From: Ophelia neglecta
Taxonomy: Eukaryota
Assembly (NCBI GenBank): GCA_965285935.1
Contig: OZ260661.1
Location: 63,550,001-63,614,000 of the forward strand
DNA length: 64,000 bases
Direction of reading: 5' to 3'
In this document: one piece after another, positions 1 through 14,100 of the stretch
Position numbering within the stretch: position 1 is the stretch's first letter
How the letters are laid out: each line of letters starts with the position of its first letter
Notes under the pieces: generated by a model
Told to the model about the DNA's origin: nothing
What the model saw: the letters and a program-made list of their open reading frames with translations, nothing else
Database searches by the model: none
Program-made: the position numbers and the translations under genes

Positions 1-3000
1 GAAGTTGAACAATAGGCTGTGTGTATGCTTTACTTTCATTTTCTAGATTTCATTACTTTGAAATACTACATGAACCATTGCTGAAAACCATTTACTCTTT
101 GGTTAAGTAGGATATCATTTGAGTAGTGAAGTGACTAGCTGTCTTTGCTTTTAACTAGGTATCTCAGGTCAAGTTAAAGGAATTTTGCCACTTAATAACT
201 CTTTATTTGATCTAGTGATGGTTTTCATCTGTTTTATCAGAAAAGCAACACCACTTGACCAGCTTGACCTGGGGTCAACCAGGCTCAGGGTTTGAACAGT
301 CATGGGCATATCATTTATTGGTATTATACATTGGGGTTTCTGCCTTTTTTTCAGAAATAATTCTCAGGTGAAAATCTAAATACATGTCATCAAATTTTCA
401 TGTGATCAGTCTTATTCTCGCGAAATTAAATCTCAACAATCTGCAGCACTTAGTTATTATCAGAGAGTAAAAACACCGAAATCATGTTTTTTATGGTTAT
501 AGGATGCAGGCTGAATGGCCATGCAGCAAACCATGTCACAGTTTCATTTCATCAATGATGTGCATCATATGATGTTAATTTATCATTATGTGTATAATAT
601 TTGATTGATAACCAGTGAAATAAATAAGTACAGTCCAAGTTGATTGATTAGTTTCTCAACACTTTTTAATTGATTGAGTTTGTCTTGCATCTTTGCATCT
701 AGTGAAAAAAAAAGGTATAACTTATTTATATGAGTGTGTGTGCTGCTATATGTTAAACAAATATAGGGTAAAAATTAACTGGTAATAAAATGGCAAAAAT
801 GTAGTGCTTTATAAAACATATTTTTTTAAGCCAGGTATATTGAGTGTTTTTCCTGAGTAAGTAGCAGAAGTTTGATATATAATTTGAAGTTTGGAAAATG
901 TGAAATGATGTCACATTGATTAGGTATGTACATTTATATGTACTTAAAACACAAGTGGACCTAGCAAATGGAGTTGAAAGGTTTAATCTTACAACATTTG
1001 CACACTTTCTAGCCAAATAAAAGCATCAATAAATATTTATTCTGATTTGTGTACTAGTACATGTGCTTCTTATATTGTGTCATATAACCTCACATTCATC
1101 AGTAAAGGAATGCTTCCTTCAGGTCGGCTTATCTGTCCAGAATAAGGCATCTTTTGGTAGTTTGAGCCAAGAAAACCATAAAACTAAAATTATATGTGCA
1201 AGGAACCCTTTATGCAATTAGTAGCCAAGGGTAATAACCTACAACCTTGTTTAAAGTATTTTGCATATTTTGAAACATACAGGTAGTAGTATATCCCTCA
1301 ATTATTCCAGGAAAAGAAATGGATTGGATTTGTGCAATGTATGCACTGTAAATTGAATCTGTTTTATGCATATATGATATTTGCTAAATGATAAAAATTA
1401 TAATCCTAAACCAGATTCATCTTCTGCGTACATCCAGTGGTACACTGAACTTTATTGGATCATTAATAAAATCAGATTTTTCCATATTGAGCAAATGAAC
1501 ATGTTTACAAACCAGTGCCACTCTAGGACCTACAGTCTGGCGCACAATGTTCCCAGCTGATATTATTACCTTGTTGAAGTAATGGACAAACACAATTACA
1601 GTTGCTCCGTCATAATTAACCATGTCCTACTAGGAAAGCTTTGTATTAAACAAAGGTGATGTGGGACCGAATTTATCATGTGGCTTCAATTAGATGTCAT
1701 AAACCATGTTGTATGAATCAGACTGATGTTTGCTGTGATGCCTGCTTTTCAGCCTGTTGTCCTCATATTCAGGCCTATTATTACAATGAAGGTGAATGTG
1801 TTGCCTGGAGATATTACTTACAAGTGGAATTATACATCAGTGGTCAATGAAGCATAATCATTTAACAGCATATGTAATAGTCCATTCAGTAGTGTGTTTG
1901 AAATTTCAGTATGTATCAATGTTTATGTGGTGAATATAGTTTTCCCCGTGGAAACTACATCCATATAACACCTGTTGACTACTGTGAAAGGACTGATGGA
2001 TCTCGAATTATTGTGATTTTCCTCTTTCAAGAATATTAATGGAATATTAATGTCTGTGTTTGTGAATCTGTTTTTGTGAAACTTATATACATGTAAATGA
2101 ACATCAGTATATAAAAGTCTGATTTTGTCTGTCATACTCATCGGTATATTGCAATTCCTGCCTGTGAACATTACATACTGGGACATGTAACTATGTTGAG
2201 GCTATGTCCAGACTGAGGAAGAGACCAGGGTGTAGAAGATGTCAGTTACCCCCTGGATTACCTTACATATATGTGGAAATTTATACTCTAAGTAAGTGCT
2301 TGACAGGTTCATTTTTATAGGCCATTCTTTCCAAGCAGAAATATATTTAACTTCCACCTCTGAAATTTCCTCATGGGAAAATATCATGTTTTGATTCAGC
2401 ACAATTTCCTGCCATTAAAAATAGTCTGGTTTACAGTAAGTAATTTTTTCACTGAGTGAAGTAGATAACACATTCTTTTATCTGTCTTCTTATCTGCAAG
2501 TAAGTAGTGAACAATGAGTTGAATGGATGTCAGAAACCACAATGTACTGTACCTCAAAGGGTTCTTTTACAAGGGATGTAAAAAATAACATCACTGTGAC
2601 AGGGTCCATTACTCGAGGGCCACCTGTGGATAATTATTTTGATCAAGTTAGTAAGAATTAAAGGAAGTTCCCACTCTTAATAGCATAACTTAATGCCATA
2701 CTAATACAAGCAGTTACAAGAATGTTGATCTTGAACGCAACATCAGTTGATTTTAATTTCATTAGAAACTCCAGTTCTTCATATGTTGGTTTTAATAGTC
2801 TGCATAGAGAACTAGATTAACACATCTTGTTTATAGTCAATTATGTAAATTATGGCATTAACGAACCAAATTTATTTTTTAACAGATTTCCAGTTTGTTG
2901 GCAAATTAGTTTTTCTACTCATTAGACAGGGTTGCATTGCTACATTCTAGTTATGGTGTTTTATCTCGTTCATGTGTTTGTTGTCGGTCATATGACTATG

Positions 3001-3950
3001 GTATGTAATATTGTTTTTTTCCCTACAGTTGGTTCGATCTCTAATCAGTGTTGAAGTAGACAGAAGTGCATTTGAAAAGAGTTATTACATCAAGAATATT
3101 ACATTTTGGCGACATTTTTCTGGGCCATGTTTCCTAATTTAGAGTCTAGATTCTTCAATCAGCAACTCAACCGTGACCGAATTTATGGGGAATAAATTCC
3201 TCAATGATAATCATTAGAGAATCTTTATTTAGATCTACCAAAATGTGCTGATAATTCTTGTTCTAGCTTATTAATGCACTAGTGATAATTATTAGCAGCA
3301 TGATAAGGCCTGCCAGAGAACAAGGGTTACTAGATATGGATTCAGTGTGGGGCCTACTAAGTCACTGTTGTCAGGATCCCATCAATGACTGACTGGTTAT
3401 CTGTTGCTATCAGCAGAGTGCTGGTCATTATTAGGATACTAGAGAAGTAGTTATAAATCTCAGCTTACTGCAGTCCAATTCATGTAGGTGTGGATATGCT
3501 GTGTACCAAACATACACTTGAAGGCTGGCTTATCCCCTGTATATATACACCTTCAACTAATAATGTGCCTAAAAAATCCTTATACAACCTTGTGAAATGT
3601 TGCCTGGTACATATTGTAGCCTTGGATTTCCTTAATTGAACTGGAACGGCAGGACGCTTTAGAAGGCTATGGTGTGGTGGACATGCTTCGTAGAGACATA
3701 TATGCAGTATCACTATTTTGGATAATGAATCATAAGTGTTTGTTTTGAGCTTAAGTCATTTACTCTGGACTATGTGGGATTTGACAGACAGCCCATTCGG
3801 TTACTCAGGCTGGGGGTTCTTGGCACCAAATGGTTGTGGTACATTTTCAAATTTCGTACCATACTTTCCCAGTCCACTATGAGGATATGTTTGTGATGAA
3901 TTATTTGAAAGTGGAAAAAGTTTCAATACAGTGAGCTTAAAGTGGAAAAC

Positions 3951-4410
3951 ATGGAAGAGAGAAAAGTGCGAAAATTGAGCAGGGATTGGCAGCATTTGGC
4001 ATACAACCCTAAACCACTGCAGAGACAGAGGGCCATGTCCCAAAATTCCATGCCTAGCCATGTTTCCCCTCCACAAAACCCAGCACTTAGCTCTTTTGAA
4101 AGTCAGCAAAGATTATCTTATGCTGGCACTGATGACATTGATAGAGCAAAAACTTTGCAGGCTCTCCAGAAACATTTCAAGATGATGCATGGGGCGAGTC
4201 TTGACAGTGCTGACCGTTCTGAATCTTCCCGCCCCTTCATGTATTCTAGAAGCAACAGTTCATTAGGCCTACAGGAGCAAGACTTGGAGCAAGAGGTGGT
4301 GACCAGTCACCAGGCTCAGCCCTCTCAACACATTGTTGAGTGGTACCAAAGCTTAAAAAAAGAAGTTGGAATAACGATACCCAAAGAAATTGAAACTATT
4401 ATTATTAGGA
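3951..4410 (+). CDS. SYNE1: Putative (alternative) first coding exon of nesprin, 153 aa
   Basis: aaacATGg start with upstream in-frame TGA at 3906. Donor A|GTGAGT at 4411 is phase 1, matching the acceptor at 6085. Confidence 0.7.
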
Positions 4411-5101
4411 GTGAGTATCAGGATTTTAAAGGTTGCTTGATTATTATCTTTAACAAAAGCTCTTTGATGTTAATGTTCATATACTGAAGATGATAGGGAT
4501 AATCCAAGAAAGATTTCATCTGGTCTGTTAGCTTATCTTATTACAAGTTAGTCACAAGCAAAATATGCAAAACTGCCTGTTGTTATCAGAGATTACCACA
4601 GATGATACTAACAGCTAATGCCCTTTATCTGAGACAGTTTAAACCAGGATCCGTAGCTGGGATTACATGAAAAACCCAGTACCTGTGCTTACATACAGTA
4701 CAAGGAACTCCCTGTCCTTCTCTGATGTCTGTCCATTAGACTATCTATCCAATCAAGGTCTTTAGTATTGATATAGAAAGGCCACCTCAAGTGTGTATTC
4801 ATGCTGTTTCAGTGTTTGGGAGAGTCACATGTACATGTTAATACATGTTAGAGAAGAGTGGGTTTACTATTGTGATGTTGTGATATTGAATGACTGACAT
4901 GAACATGAAAGAAACCCCCATTATGTTTTTTTTGATGGTTGCATTGTACTGAGCCAATCTCTTGATCCAGTGCTGAGGTTCTTATACTTGAAACCTTCAC
5001 ACAGTGTGTCTTAAACATCCCATGTGTGTACATATACATGTAAAGTATAAGTTAAGAATGCTATTTGAGATGAATACAAGGAGAATGTAATTAGCTATAT
5101 A

Positions 5102-5135
<34 letters not shown>

Positions 5136-8100
5136 CTACCTTTGAACTCTTCTGCTCAAATATACATGTATATGGACAATAAGTAATTTAGCAAACAATT
5201 GGATATCTTGAAGGGGGGTGAGGGGGGAGGGGCTGATGTATATTTTTGAAGAAGAAAATGCTTAGCTTGGCTTGTTCTTGATTTTCCCAATTGTGTCCAT
5301 CTGTGGTTTAGTTCACTCAAATGTACAATAAAGAGGGCAATGATTGAGGTTTATTTCATGAATTTGAAAAATATTCAAACTAGTCATATCATCATGTGCC
5401 TAAATGACCAGGCAGCAAAATTTATTTGTAGTTTTTCAGAGAGTTGAGGTTTTTCTATTTTAAAATGCTAAAAGTCTGAAGGTTAAGGCTTATCACATAT
5501 GTTATGGGCAATCTAAAATAATTCAGTATGATCATGCGTATCACATGGTGCCTTCGACATTGGTAGTAAGTTTAGTAAACTCATGATGCACATACTGTAT
5601 TTTCTCCTAACAAGATTCATCCATTCATCTGATGGTGATAGGCGGTATGAAGACATTTCTTAAATGCCATCAATCACATTAAGGATGAAATTGTAGTTGT
5701 CATTTAATCGTTATAAATAAACTAAAATGAACTACCAATATCATACACAGCATTGGATGAGTAATTATGGAGTAGAAATACTATAACTTCTCACTATCAT
5801 AATTATGCCATAATATTTTTTTTAGATGACTACATATTCTTAGTCACATTTGGAGATTTCAGGTTGAATTCCTAATGTACATGATCAATTTTCACTACTC
5901 AATATTTATTAAAAAACAATCGTAATAAAAATTTAGATTTTTTAGGTATGCACCCTAAAAAGGCTGTTTTATTAATGGAAGAGGTTAAATATTGTATTTT
6001 TATATTGTATGTTGTTTTTAATGATGATTAAACCATTAAATTAAAAACTCAATCAACTCAAAATTCATTGTTCGACTTTTTCAGATGAACAAGAAAGGGT
6101 GCAGAAGAAGACATTTACAAATTGGATCAATTCCTACCTCACAAGGGTAAATATTAACAGATTTATTTATTAAAATGTGCATTTAACCTTTATTTTGAAA
6201 TCATATACTAGCAGAATTTTTTTTCTTAAAGCATTTGTATGATTTGATATCGACTCCTGTTCATTTTGCCTGATAAGAAGGTGCAAAATAAATAAGACAT
6301 ATGAGTTGTAATGTGTAGTTGTACAAGTAACCTAGCAATAATTTATTTTCAGCATGACCCACCATTACGATGTGGGGACCTTTTTGAGGACATCAAAGAT
6401 GGTGCCAAACTCCTTGCCCTTCTTGAAGTATTGTCGGGAGAGTCACTGGTATGCATAAAATGAAGTGTTTTATTAACATTGAATTGTTTGCCCTTGTTCA
6501 CATTCGTATGGTGAAATATAGTACAAGTAGGTTCTGAACGTATAGTGGTATGTACTAGTAATATATTTTAAAAATATTAAGCCAGTAAATGGTCCTTCAA
6601 CTATACTGTGATGTTTTCTGTAAACAAGTTGGTTCTTTCCTATTTTGACAGCCAAAAGAAAAAGGTCCCCGGTTAAAGAGGCTTCACTTCATCAGTAACG
6701 TTACCACCGCTTTAAAATTTCTAGAAAACAGAAAAGTAAGTGAAATTTATCTGTTTTATTAAGTGGCTTGTCTTTCAGCACTAAACCCCTCAACTGAGAG
6801 ACAAGCAGTGTTGAGAAAGCACTGCTGACTCAACTATAGTCATTTTATAAGTTTTTGTAAATCTAAGTTGCCCCCTTCTACAGGTGAGAGGTGGGTGGCA
6901 GAGCTTTAAATCTTATAATTTGACAGGTAAATGCTATTATTTATAACCCAATTATCTCTCTCTGTATAACTCTATGGCCAAATGTAAAATCATCAGATGA
7001 TCACACTCACAAAAACAGCTTTTTCCTTTGAAATTACCTTCTTTTTAGCAGTTTTATGATTGATAACTCTGATTCCTTTGGAGAGAAAGGCAACATATTT
7101 ATTTCATTAGTTCCCAAATGGCAACAATCATTAGAATTCCTCTAAATGCCAATTCTCTTAATGAAAAACACAAATTCCAATCTGTTTTCTGGGTTTGATG
7201 TTCAGGCCAAAAGCAATGTTGTTCTGGGTAAGGATATCCCCATTCCTAACAGACAACAGGTTAAGATGGCCAAAAAATGAATACTTGACATACACACCAC
7301 ATTGTTTGAAGTAACATTTAAACCCAAGGAAGCTGGCCTAAAATGTACAAACTGTAATAATATGCATACTGCTGAACTAATACAGCATAGCTGGAATGAA
7401 TCATAATTTACTGCCACTTTATGATCAAATGGACTACGCATGAATTTGCTGTTTGCTAACATACAAAAGCTACAAAGCAACATAGCAAAAGCTACATAGC
7501 AATTCAAATAGCATTTTGAAATCCTATTAACTTTCTGAATGTACAATGTATTTACAAGTTTAAAAAGTAATAACTTACAAAGCTCACAAACACACCCTTG
7601 TTATGTGTTATTTGAAATAAGATACTAAAGAAAGTGCATATTCATTACAGTTTATCGGTAGCATTAATGAATGGAACTATGAACATTTTCACATTTGAGC
7701 CCCCCCCCCCCCCCCCCCCAGCTAAAGAAAAGTCAGCTTCAGTTAAATCTTAAATGGTCATTATTTGTGCACAGTTTAACAAAAAATGTAAAAAGTGTGC
7801 ATAAAATAACCCTGCTCTCTATGTAGGTAGTATGACATTAAACATCATAATACTACTAGGTACTCCAAGCATAAACTACTTGCCTGTGGCCCTGGTATTA
7901 AATCAGAACAGCATATTTGACCATTCAAGAAGCCAGTGTTCATTAGCAGTCTCAGTGGAAACATCTCAGGGAAACTCATTTTTTGATTTTTACAAATACC
8001 ACAGGAAATATTCAGCTACAATCTTTAGCTTGAATTTGTAAAGAAAGTCCACTTTTAAGTGATTGGTTTTGAATGACTCTTGGCCGAGGAACATGCCATT

Positions 8101-11100
8101 TTGAACCAGTGAGGCATGAAAATGAATATACTGTACCTGGTTGTTACCGATACTATGAGAATGCTGACAACTGAATATTGTCAATTTGGTGTTATTTTTT
8201 ATGAAAGGTACCACTTTCTATCACCCTATCAATGCTGACATTTGCCTGGGCAAACCCCATTTTACTTTGCTGTAATAATTCTCAGGGGAGAGTTCAATTA
8301 TTAATAGCAAAATGGGCGCACCTTGACCATAAAAACATAGGCATATGGGTCCTTTTGAGTGCTTGGTCACAAAATGGTTTAAATGATGGTTTAAAAATAA
8401 AGGTATTTTTTCATGCTGGCGATGAGTTCATTGCCTTTGGCTCAAAACTTGCTACTTTCCCCTTGCAAGTTCAAAGTTAATATTTTGTATGTTCCAATGC
8501 AGATATTATGATAGAGACAACAATTATCTGCAAAAGAAAATGTATATGAATATTACCATACAAGGATCACAGAAAGTTATATTGAAAACAATGCAGGTCA
8601 CTGAAGAAATTCTCTGTATAATACAATCAGCCTCCCACCCCACCCCCACCCCCATCCCCAGGATAATTCAGTTTCATCATATGTTGTTTAAATAGTGTTA
8701 CTCTTTAACACAGATATATATTTTGTTTGCAATTAAGGAATTGGTGTTACCATAGTTACTATTCCCCAATATATGTCATTTGGAAACAAATGAATTGTAT
8801 TTCCAAAGGCATGTCCTAATATTAGTTAAAGGGAAAAAAACTACTGGTAAATTTTCCTTGTATGTGTATGTGGCCATGCATCTATGTCCCCTTTAAGGAT
8901 ACAAATCGTGTACATATATCACTGTTAATTAAAAGTAAAAATTAACTTAGATATCAAATAGGAAATTTATATCTGGGGCAATTTATAATAGCATTTTGAT
9001 GTTTTTTCTGTTCTTTTTTCAGATAAAATTAGTCAACATCAATCCATCAGATGTAGTAGATGGAAAACCCTCCATAGTGCTGGGTCTAGTATGGACTATC
9101 ATTTTATATTTCCAAGTAAGTTTAAGCCAAATTAAAGCTTAATGTGTTGATATTTTGTAATATGAGTACTGGTGATACTTCAGTAACATTATATATGCTT
9201 AATTTCATTCATCGATTAAATAAGGCTACAGATATAAAGTAAAAATTTAGCTGTACCCATAAATCTTTCTGTTTTCTTAACATTTTGAAGGAAAAAACTG
9301 CTTTAAAAAGAAATGGCTTGCATGAAACTGTGATTAAAAATTGTGTATCAACTATGTTGTTTATTCTGACATAATGTGTACATATTCTCCACTATAGCAC
9401 AATTAACCATGATACTGACAGTATATAAATTTTCTTTGATTTAATTTAAGATTGAGGAATTTACCAAAACCCTGGCCCAGCAGGCTGCCTCCACACCATC
9501 CAGTAGTAACAGTAGTCTTGCCAGCGATGGTGCTTCAAGCGCCAAGCGGCCCCGACCTGGCCTGGAGAGATTCAAGAAAGCCGGCGCCAAGCAGGCCATG
9601 CTGCTGTGGGCCCAAAAAGCTGTCACCAAGTAAGTCAAACTCGAGTCTGTAATCATTCCTTATCTCATTATGGTGTTGGTCTGTGGTAGAAATCTGATAA
9701 TGTACTGTATGTGAAGGTAAAAGAATGTACTTAACCTGGTGTTGTAGTTAATTTTAAAATTGCAATATCTTCAAAATGCATGTCTAATACTGTAGGCACT
9801 TGTGTGATTCCTGTTAGTTAATGTATGGAGTTTCATTGGGGTCTTTTGTCATTATTGGAACATGTCAAAATTCTGCTGTAAAGGTGATCTTGTCAACTGA
9901 CCTTTAACCCTGTGGGATCACCAGATTATAGATCTCCAAGCAACATGCTCATAACTATGTGCTTCAGATAATAAAAACATGTGATATCATGTGAAAACGG
10001 TGGTTAGTTTGACCCATGCTGGCTTGTTGGCCATAATTGGACATATCGCTCCTATGTATTATCTCAGTTGCACACAGTGCACAGACTTACATCACCAGGA
10101 AGTGTCACCATGTTATCCCTACAGAGGAAAAGGTCTGACTAAATATTCATGTACGTCTACATCATTGATGATTGGTGGTTTAAAATAAATCTTTTTTATC
10201 CATAATCTAAGACCAGTTTTATCAAATGTTAGGCAAATGCCATGCAATTATCTAGTACAGTCTTGTCATGTACATGGATGTTTACATGGCAGCTCAATGG
10301 ATTATCATTTATTAAAGTTGTGTAATAAAAATTGAGTTACAGTCACTTGCATGCATAGTCACTAACCAGACATTTAATTTTACAGGTTTAAGGATGAGTA
10401 AGTTGGGTCACAATGTGTGGATGCTTCAATATATGCTCACTCACTCACTAACACTCTCAAACTAATTTCAATTGTTAGAAATAGATTACCGTAGGTTAGT
10501 TATAAAATGTAGGTCCCTGGCACAACATAGTTAAATGGTAATATGGCCATGTTTTATCAACCAAGCTTGGTGTAAGCATTTAAATAGATTCAGAAATACA
10601 TGTCACATAACTTTTCCATTTATCCCATAGCCTTTAAATGATTCATCCCTTTGCCAAGTCCCGTAGATAAAAGGTCCAAGATAGTATTAAGATCAACTCC
10701 TATCCAGGTGTACTGTAGGACAAATGATGTCCCAACGCTACCTGTAAATACACAGAACTCTGTGCCTTGCAGCAATTCCAATATTCTTGATGAATTGTAT
10801 GATACTTGGAACATACATGTAAGTGTATACATGGAAAATTTTTTGATGTTCATTGCAAAACAAATTCAAAGTTGCTGTGCCAAGAGGTTATAATAAAGCA
10901 AGTCTTTTGCAAGTGTGAAAGAGTATTAAGCTTGCTTGTAGAGTTTTTCTCTTGATGCGGGGCTTTCCTCAAATACATGTACATGTAAACAATTATTTTC
11001 CATGTAATGAGCTTGATGTTCCTGTCCTGGTGTGCGGTGTAAAATTTATATATACTATTGATATCAAATTGATGTTTCAGTGCGACGGATGAAAGCAATT

Positions 11101-14100
11101 TTTTTGGTCCAATGTGTCGTTCCCCTAGCCTAGTTTCACATTCCTCAGCCAGTATTTATATGCTGCTGCATTTTCTATTTCCTGCTATATTACATTAGTA
11201 TAAATCATATAGACTGCATCATTGTCATTTAGGCAGGTGGAGTACAGCCAGTTCTCCCCAAATAAGAATATTAAATGATGTCATGCTTTTATTTAGTTTC
11301 CTGTGCCATTAAGCATAGTACACAAATGTATGTATTCTGGGGTACATGCATATACACACAGGGAACCAATATTTTATTAAAGATGGAATTATTAAACAGG
11401 CACTGAGCAGTTTTATTTTTCTAAATTACTTAATGTTGTTTGCTCCTATACATTATGCTACCAGCCTTAGCCAGCAAGTGGTGCCCTCTACTGTACATAC
11501 CATGTACTTGTATTGTTCACTAACTTGACCATGATGGCTATTAAAACCATTCATGTTCAAACAGCTCTAATTTCAGCCAACTGTTCTAGGTAGTTCTTAG
11601 CAATTGTAGATAAACAAACCATATACATATATACATAATATTGACAAATGTACGTGTGTTTCCTGGATAGCCATGTACAGAGTTTAAGAGATTTCGTGGA
11701 GCAACTACTAAAAAAGATGACAAATGCACATGTGTATATGAAAATCTGAACCTGATATGTACACAACATTTAATAGGTCTAAAATCAATCCCCAATAGAA
11801 TCTTATTGATAGTCTTAAGGAAAAGTATTGGGCCATATTAAATCCTTGTTCTTGTTGAATGGAATAATATTTGCCCTGAATTTTAGGTGGAGCTACAATG
11901 AAATTACTGTAGGTTTCCAAACAGGTCTCTTATTTTGAGTTTAAAGATTAAATTCTGTATTCATCTTTTTATTGGAAAGACTGTAAAGCCAATTTAAATG
12001 GTATATTTTGTACTGGTTAAAATGCTTTTTCTAGCCTTATTAATGGAGAAAGTTGGTTATTATTGTAGGTATAGTCACCTGGAACAACATTTTACAAAGT
12101 AGGCCTACTTTGGTATGTGAAGGGCATGTAGAAGTTGGTATGGATACAAAATGAAATGTTTGGGCTGGAACTGTTTTTAATAAATGCCGATATTGCATTG
12201 ATTGGTCTCACAATTTCATCTTGTTCTTGCTAACCTTTTACAAGGTCATTGCCACCAAATTGAAAGTCATTCTCAGATATTTTTATATGCAAATTGATGA
12301 CATTGTTGGTGATTGCAGCACACTATTGTCACCTCTCAGGTTTCTTTGCTAAACTATGTTTAAATCCCTCACAACAGCCCACAATCCTCCTGGCTTAAAC
12401 AATAGCAGCTTTGTTGGTCTCTTTAACGCAATCAAAATCTTTCAAGTCCTTAGGTTTCCATTGTTCTGACTGTAACATGTTAAAGGATTTAAGGTTTTAA
12501 TGGTAAAAACCATCTCAAGTTTGAAATCACAAAAAGCAGGTCTTATTTGTTTTATGTAGTATTTTCTCATCTAAACAACATGTAAACAATATCATCAAAA
12601 TAAATGACAACCTATAAATGACAACCGCTTGATTTATTTTATATGAAAAAAATGTCCATTAAATACTATGATAACCTTTTTGCTGTCAGTTGTTGCTAGT
12701 TTATACCTAGCTGTGCCTTGGCATGTATCAGATTAAGTATTCACTGGTGTCATCATACATCATATTGTTTAATACTGAAATTGAGAAAACACCACACACA
12801 AATTTGTGCAATGAAAATTTATATCAATGTACGAATTTTTCCTAGTCACTTTTTCTGCTACTGGCAACATGAATCAAATTAATTGTTCAGAATGTTTGAT
12901 CAAGATATTTCAATTAGGTAATTGTTTGTTATATGCTATTAAGGTAAAGACCTAGTACAGCAAACAAACAAAACTGTCTTGCCTGGGCCCCCAACTATTG
13001 ATATTTGCTAGGAAAACTTTTGCGCCAATAGTTCATGTACATGTTGGAGGCAAGATAGGTTGTGCATGTGTATATGTATTGAGTCCTGATCATTTTGGAG
13101 GCTAGAGGGTGGCAAGTCTGAACATGTACCTGGCCCCACTGATTTCATATGAACATGAAAGAAGCCAATTCATAGGTACAGGGACCATCATAACTTGGCC
13201 AATTTTCAGCTGTTGTTATATTTTCATCTTCATTCAGCTGATAAACATGTGGTATATGACGTATTAATCCAGATTTTAATCTGTTTAAGTACTCTCTTTT
13301 TATACTATTGATTAAATTATATTGACTTTGAATTAAGTGCAGTCATAAGCCATTTTGTACTGCATAAATACATGTGTAATCAATTCTAGGCTCTGTTTGT
13401 GACTCCTGAGTTGAAGTTGGTGTTAAAGGTGAACAAAACGCACAAAACTTATGTAATTGAAGTACATGTTGCACAAGGGCTCACAGCAATGATTATATAA
13501 AAAAATGATAAGCGTGTTAAAGCTAACCAATTAGGTTTGTATAACAGAACGGCTTGGCCAGGAGAGCTTAGAGACATGGTTTGGGAGGGTCCTGGCAAGG
13601 AATAAATATAGATCCTGCGTAGGCATTGCTGGGGGATGCCCTTTCAGAAGTACAGTGGGCGATAAAACAAAACTGAAGACTTAGGCTGAGGTCAGGGAGA
13701 AGTTTATCCAGCTGGTAGATACTCACTGACAGATACTGGGAGGACCTGTGTGTTTTGAATAGATCAAGTCTGGATACTTGCTAACTGTCAGGAATGCCTG
13801 TGTTGGCACTATTGGATTAATTTATTACATCATGTTGATACCTTGATAATCCCAGTAAAGTTTATGATGCGTAACTGGTGATAAAGGGGGCAAATAAGAT
13901 AAAAGGCACTCCGACACCCGGGACAAGGCTCTTCTATGTTCATATTGACTCTACAATTGGCTGTAGTATCGAGTGGTAGTATAAAATTATTGTATATCTG
14001 AAGATATGTGAAGAGCTTTTTACGCCATGGAAAAAGCGGCCCATGCTATTTGGTATTATTATCATTCCCAGCCTAGATTATTAATAGTGCAAGTTTTACT

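Noticed and set aside
2400-3142. Possible upstream small exons (2400-2435 with a GTAAGT donor; strong acceptor at 3029)
   Set aside because: No recognisable peptide and no partner exon in the window to test phase; may be UTR exons or chance sites.
753-12000. Short intronic ORFs of 60-115 aa in the ORF track
   Set aside because: AT-rich, no codon bias or domain; expected by chance.
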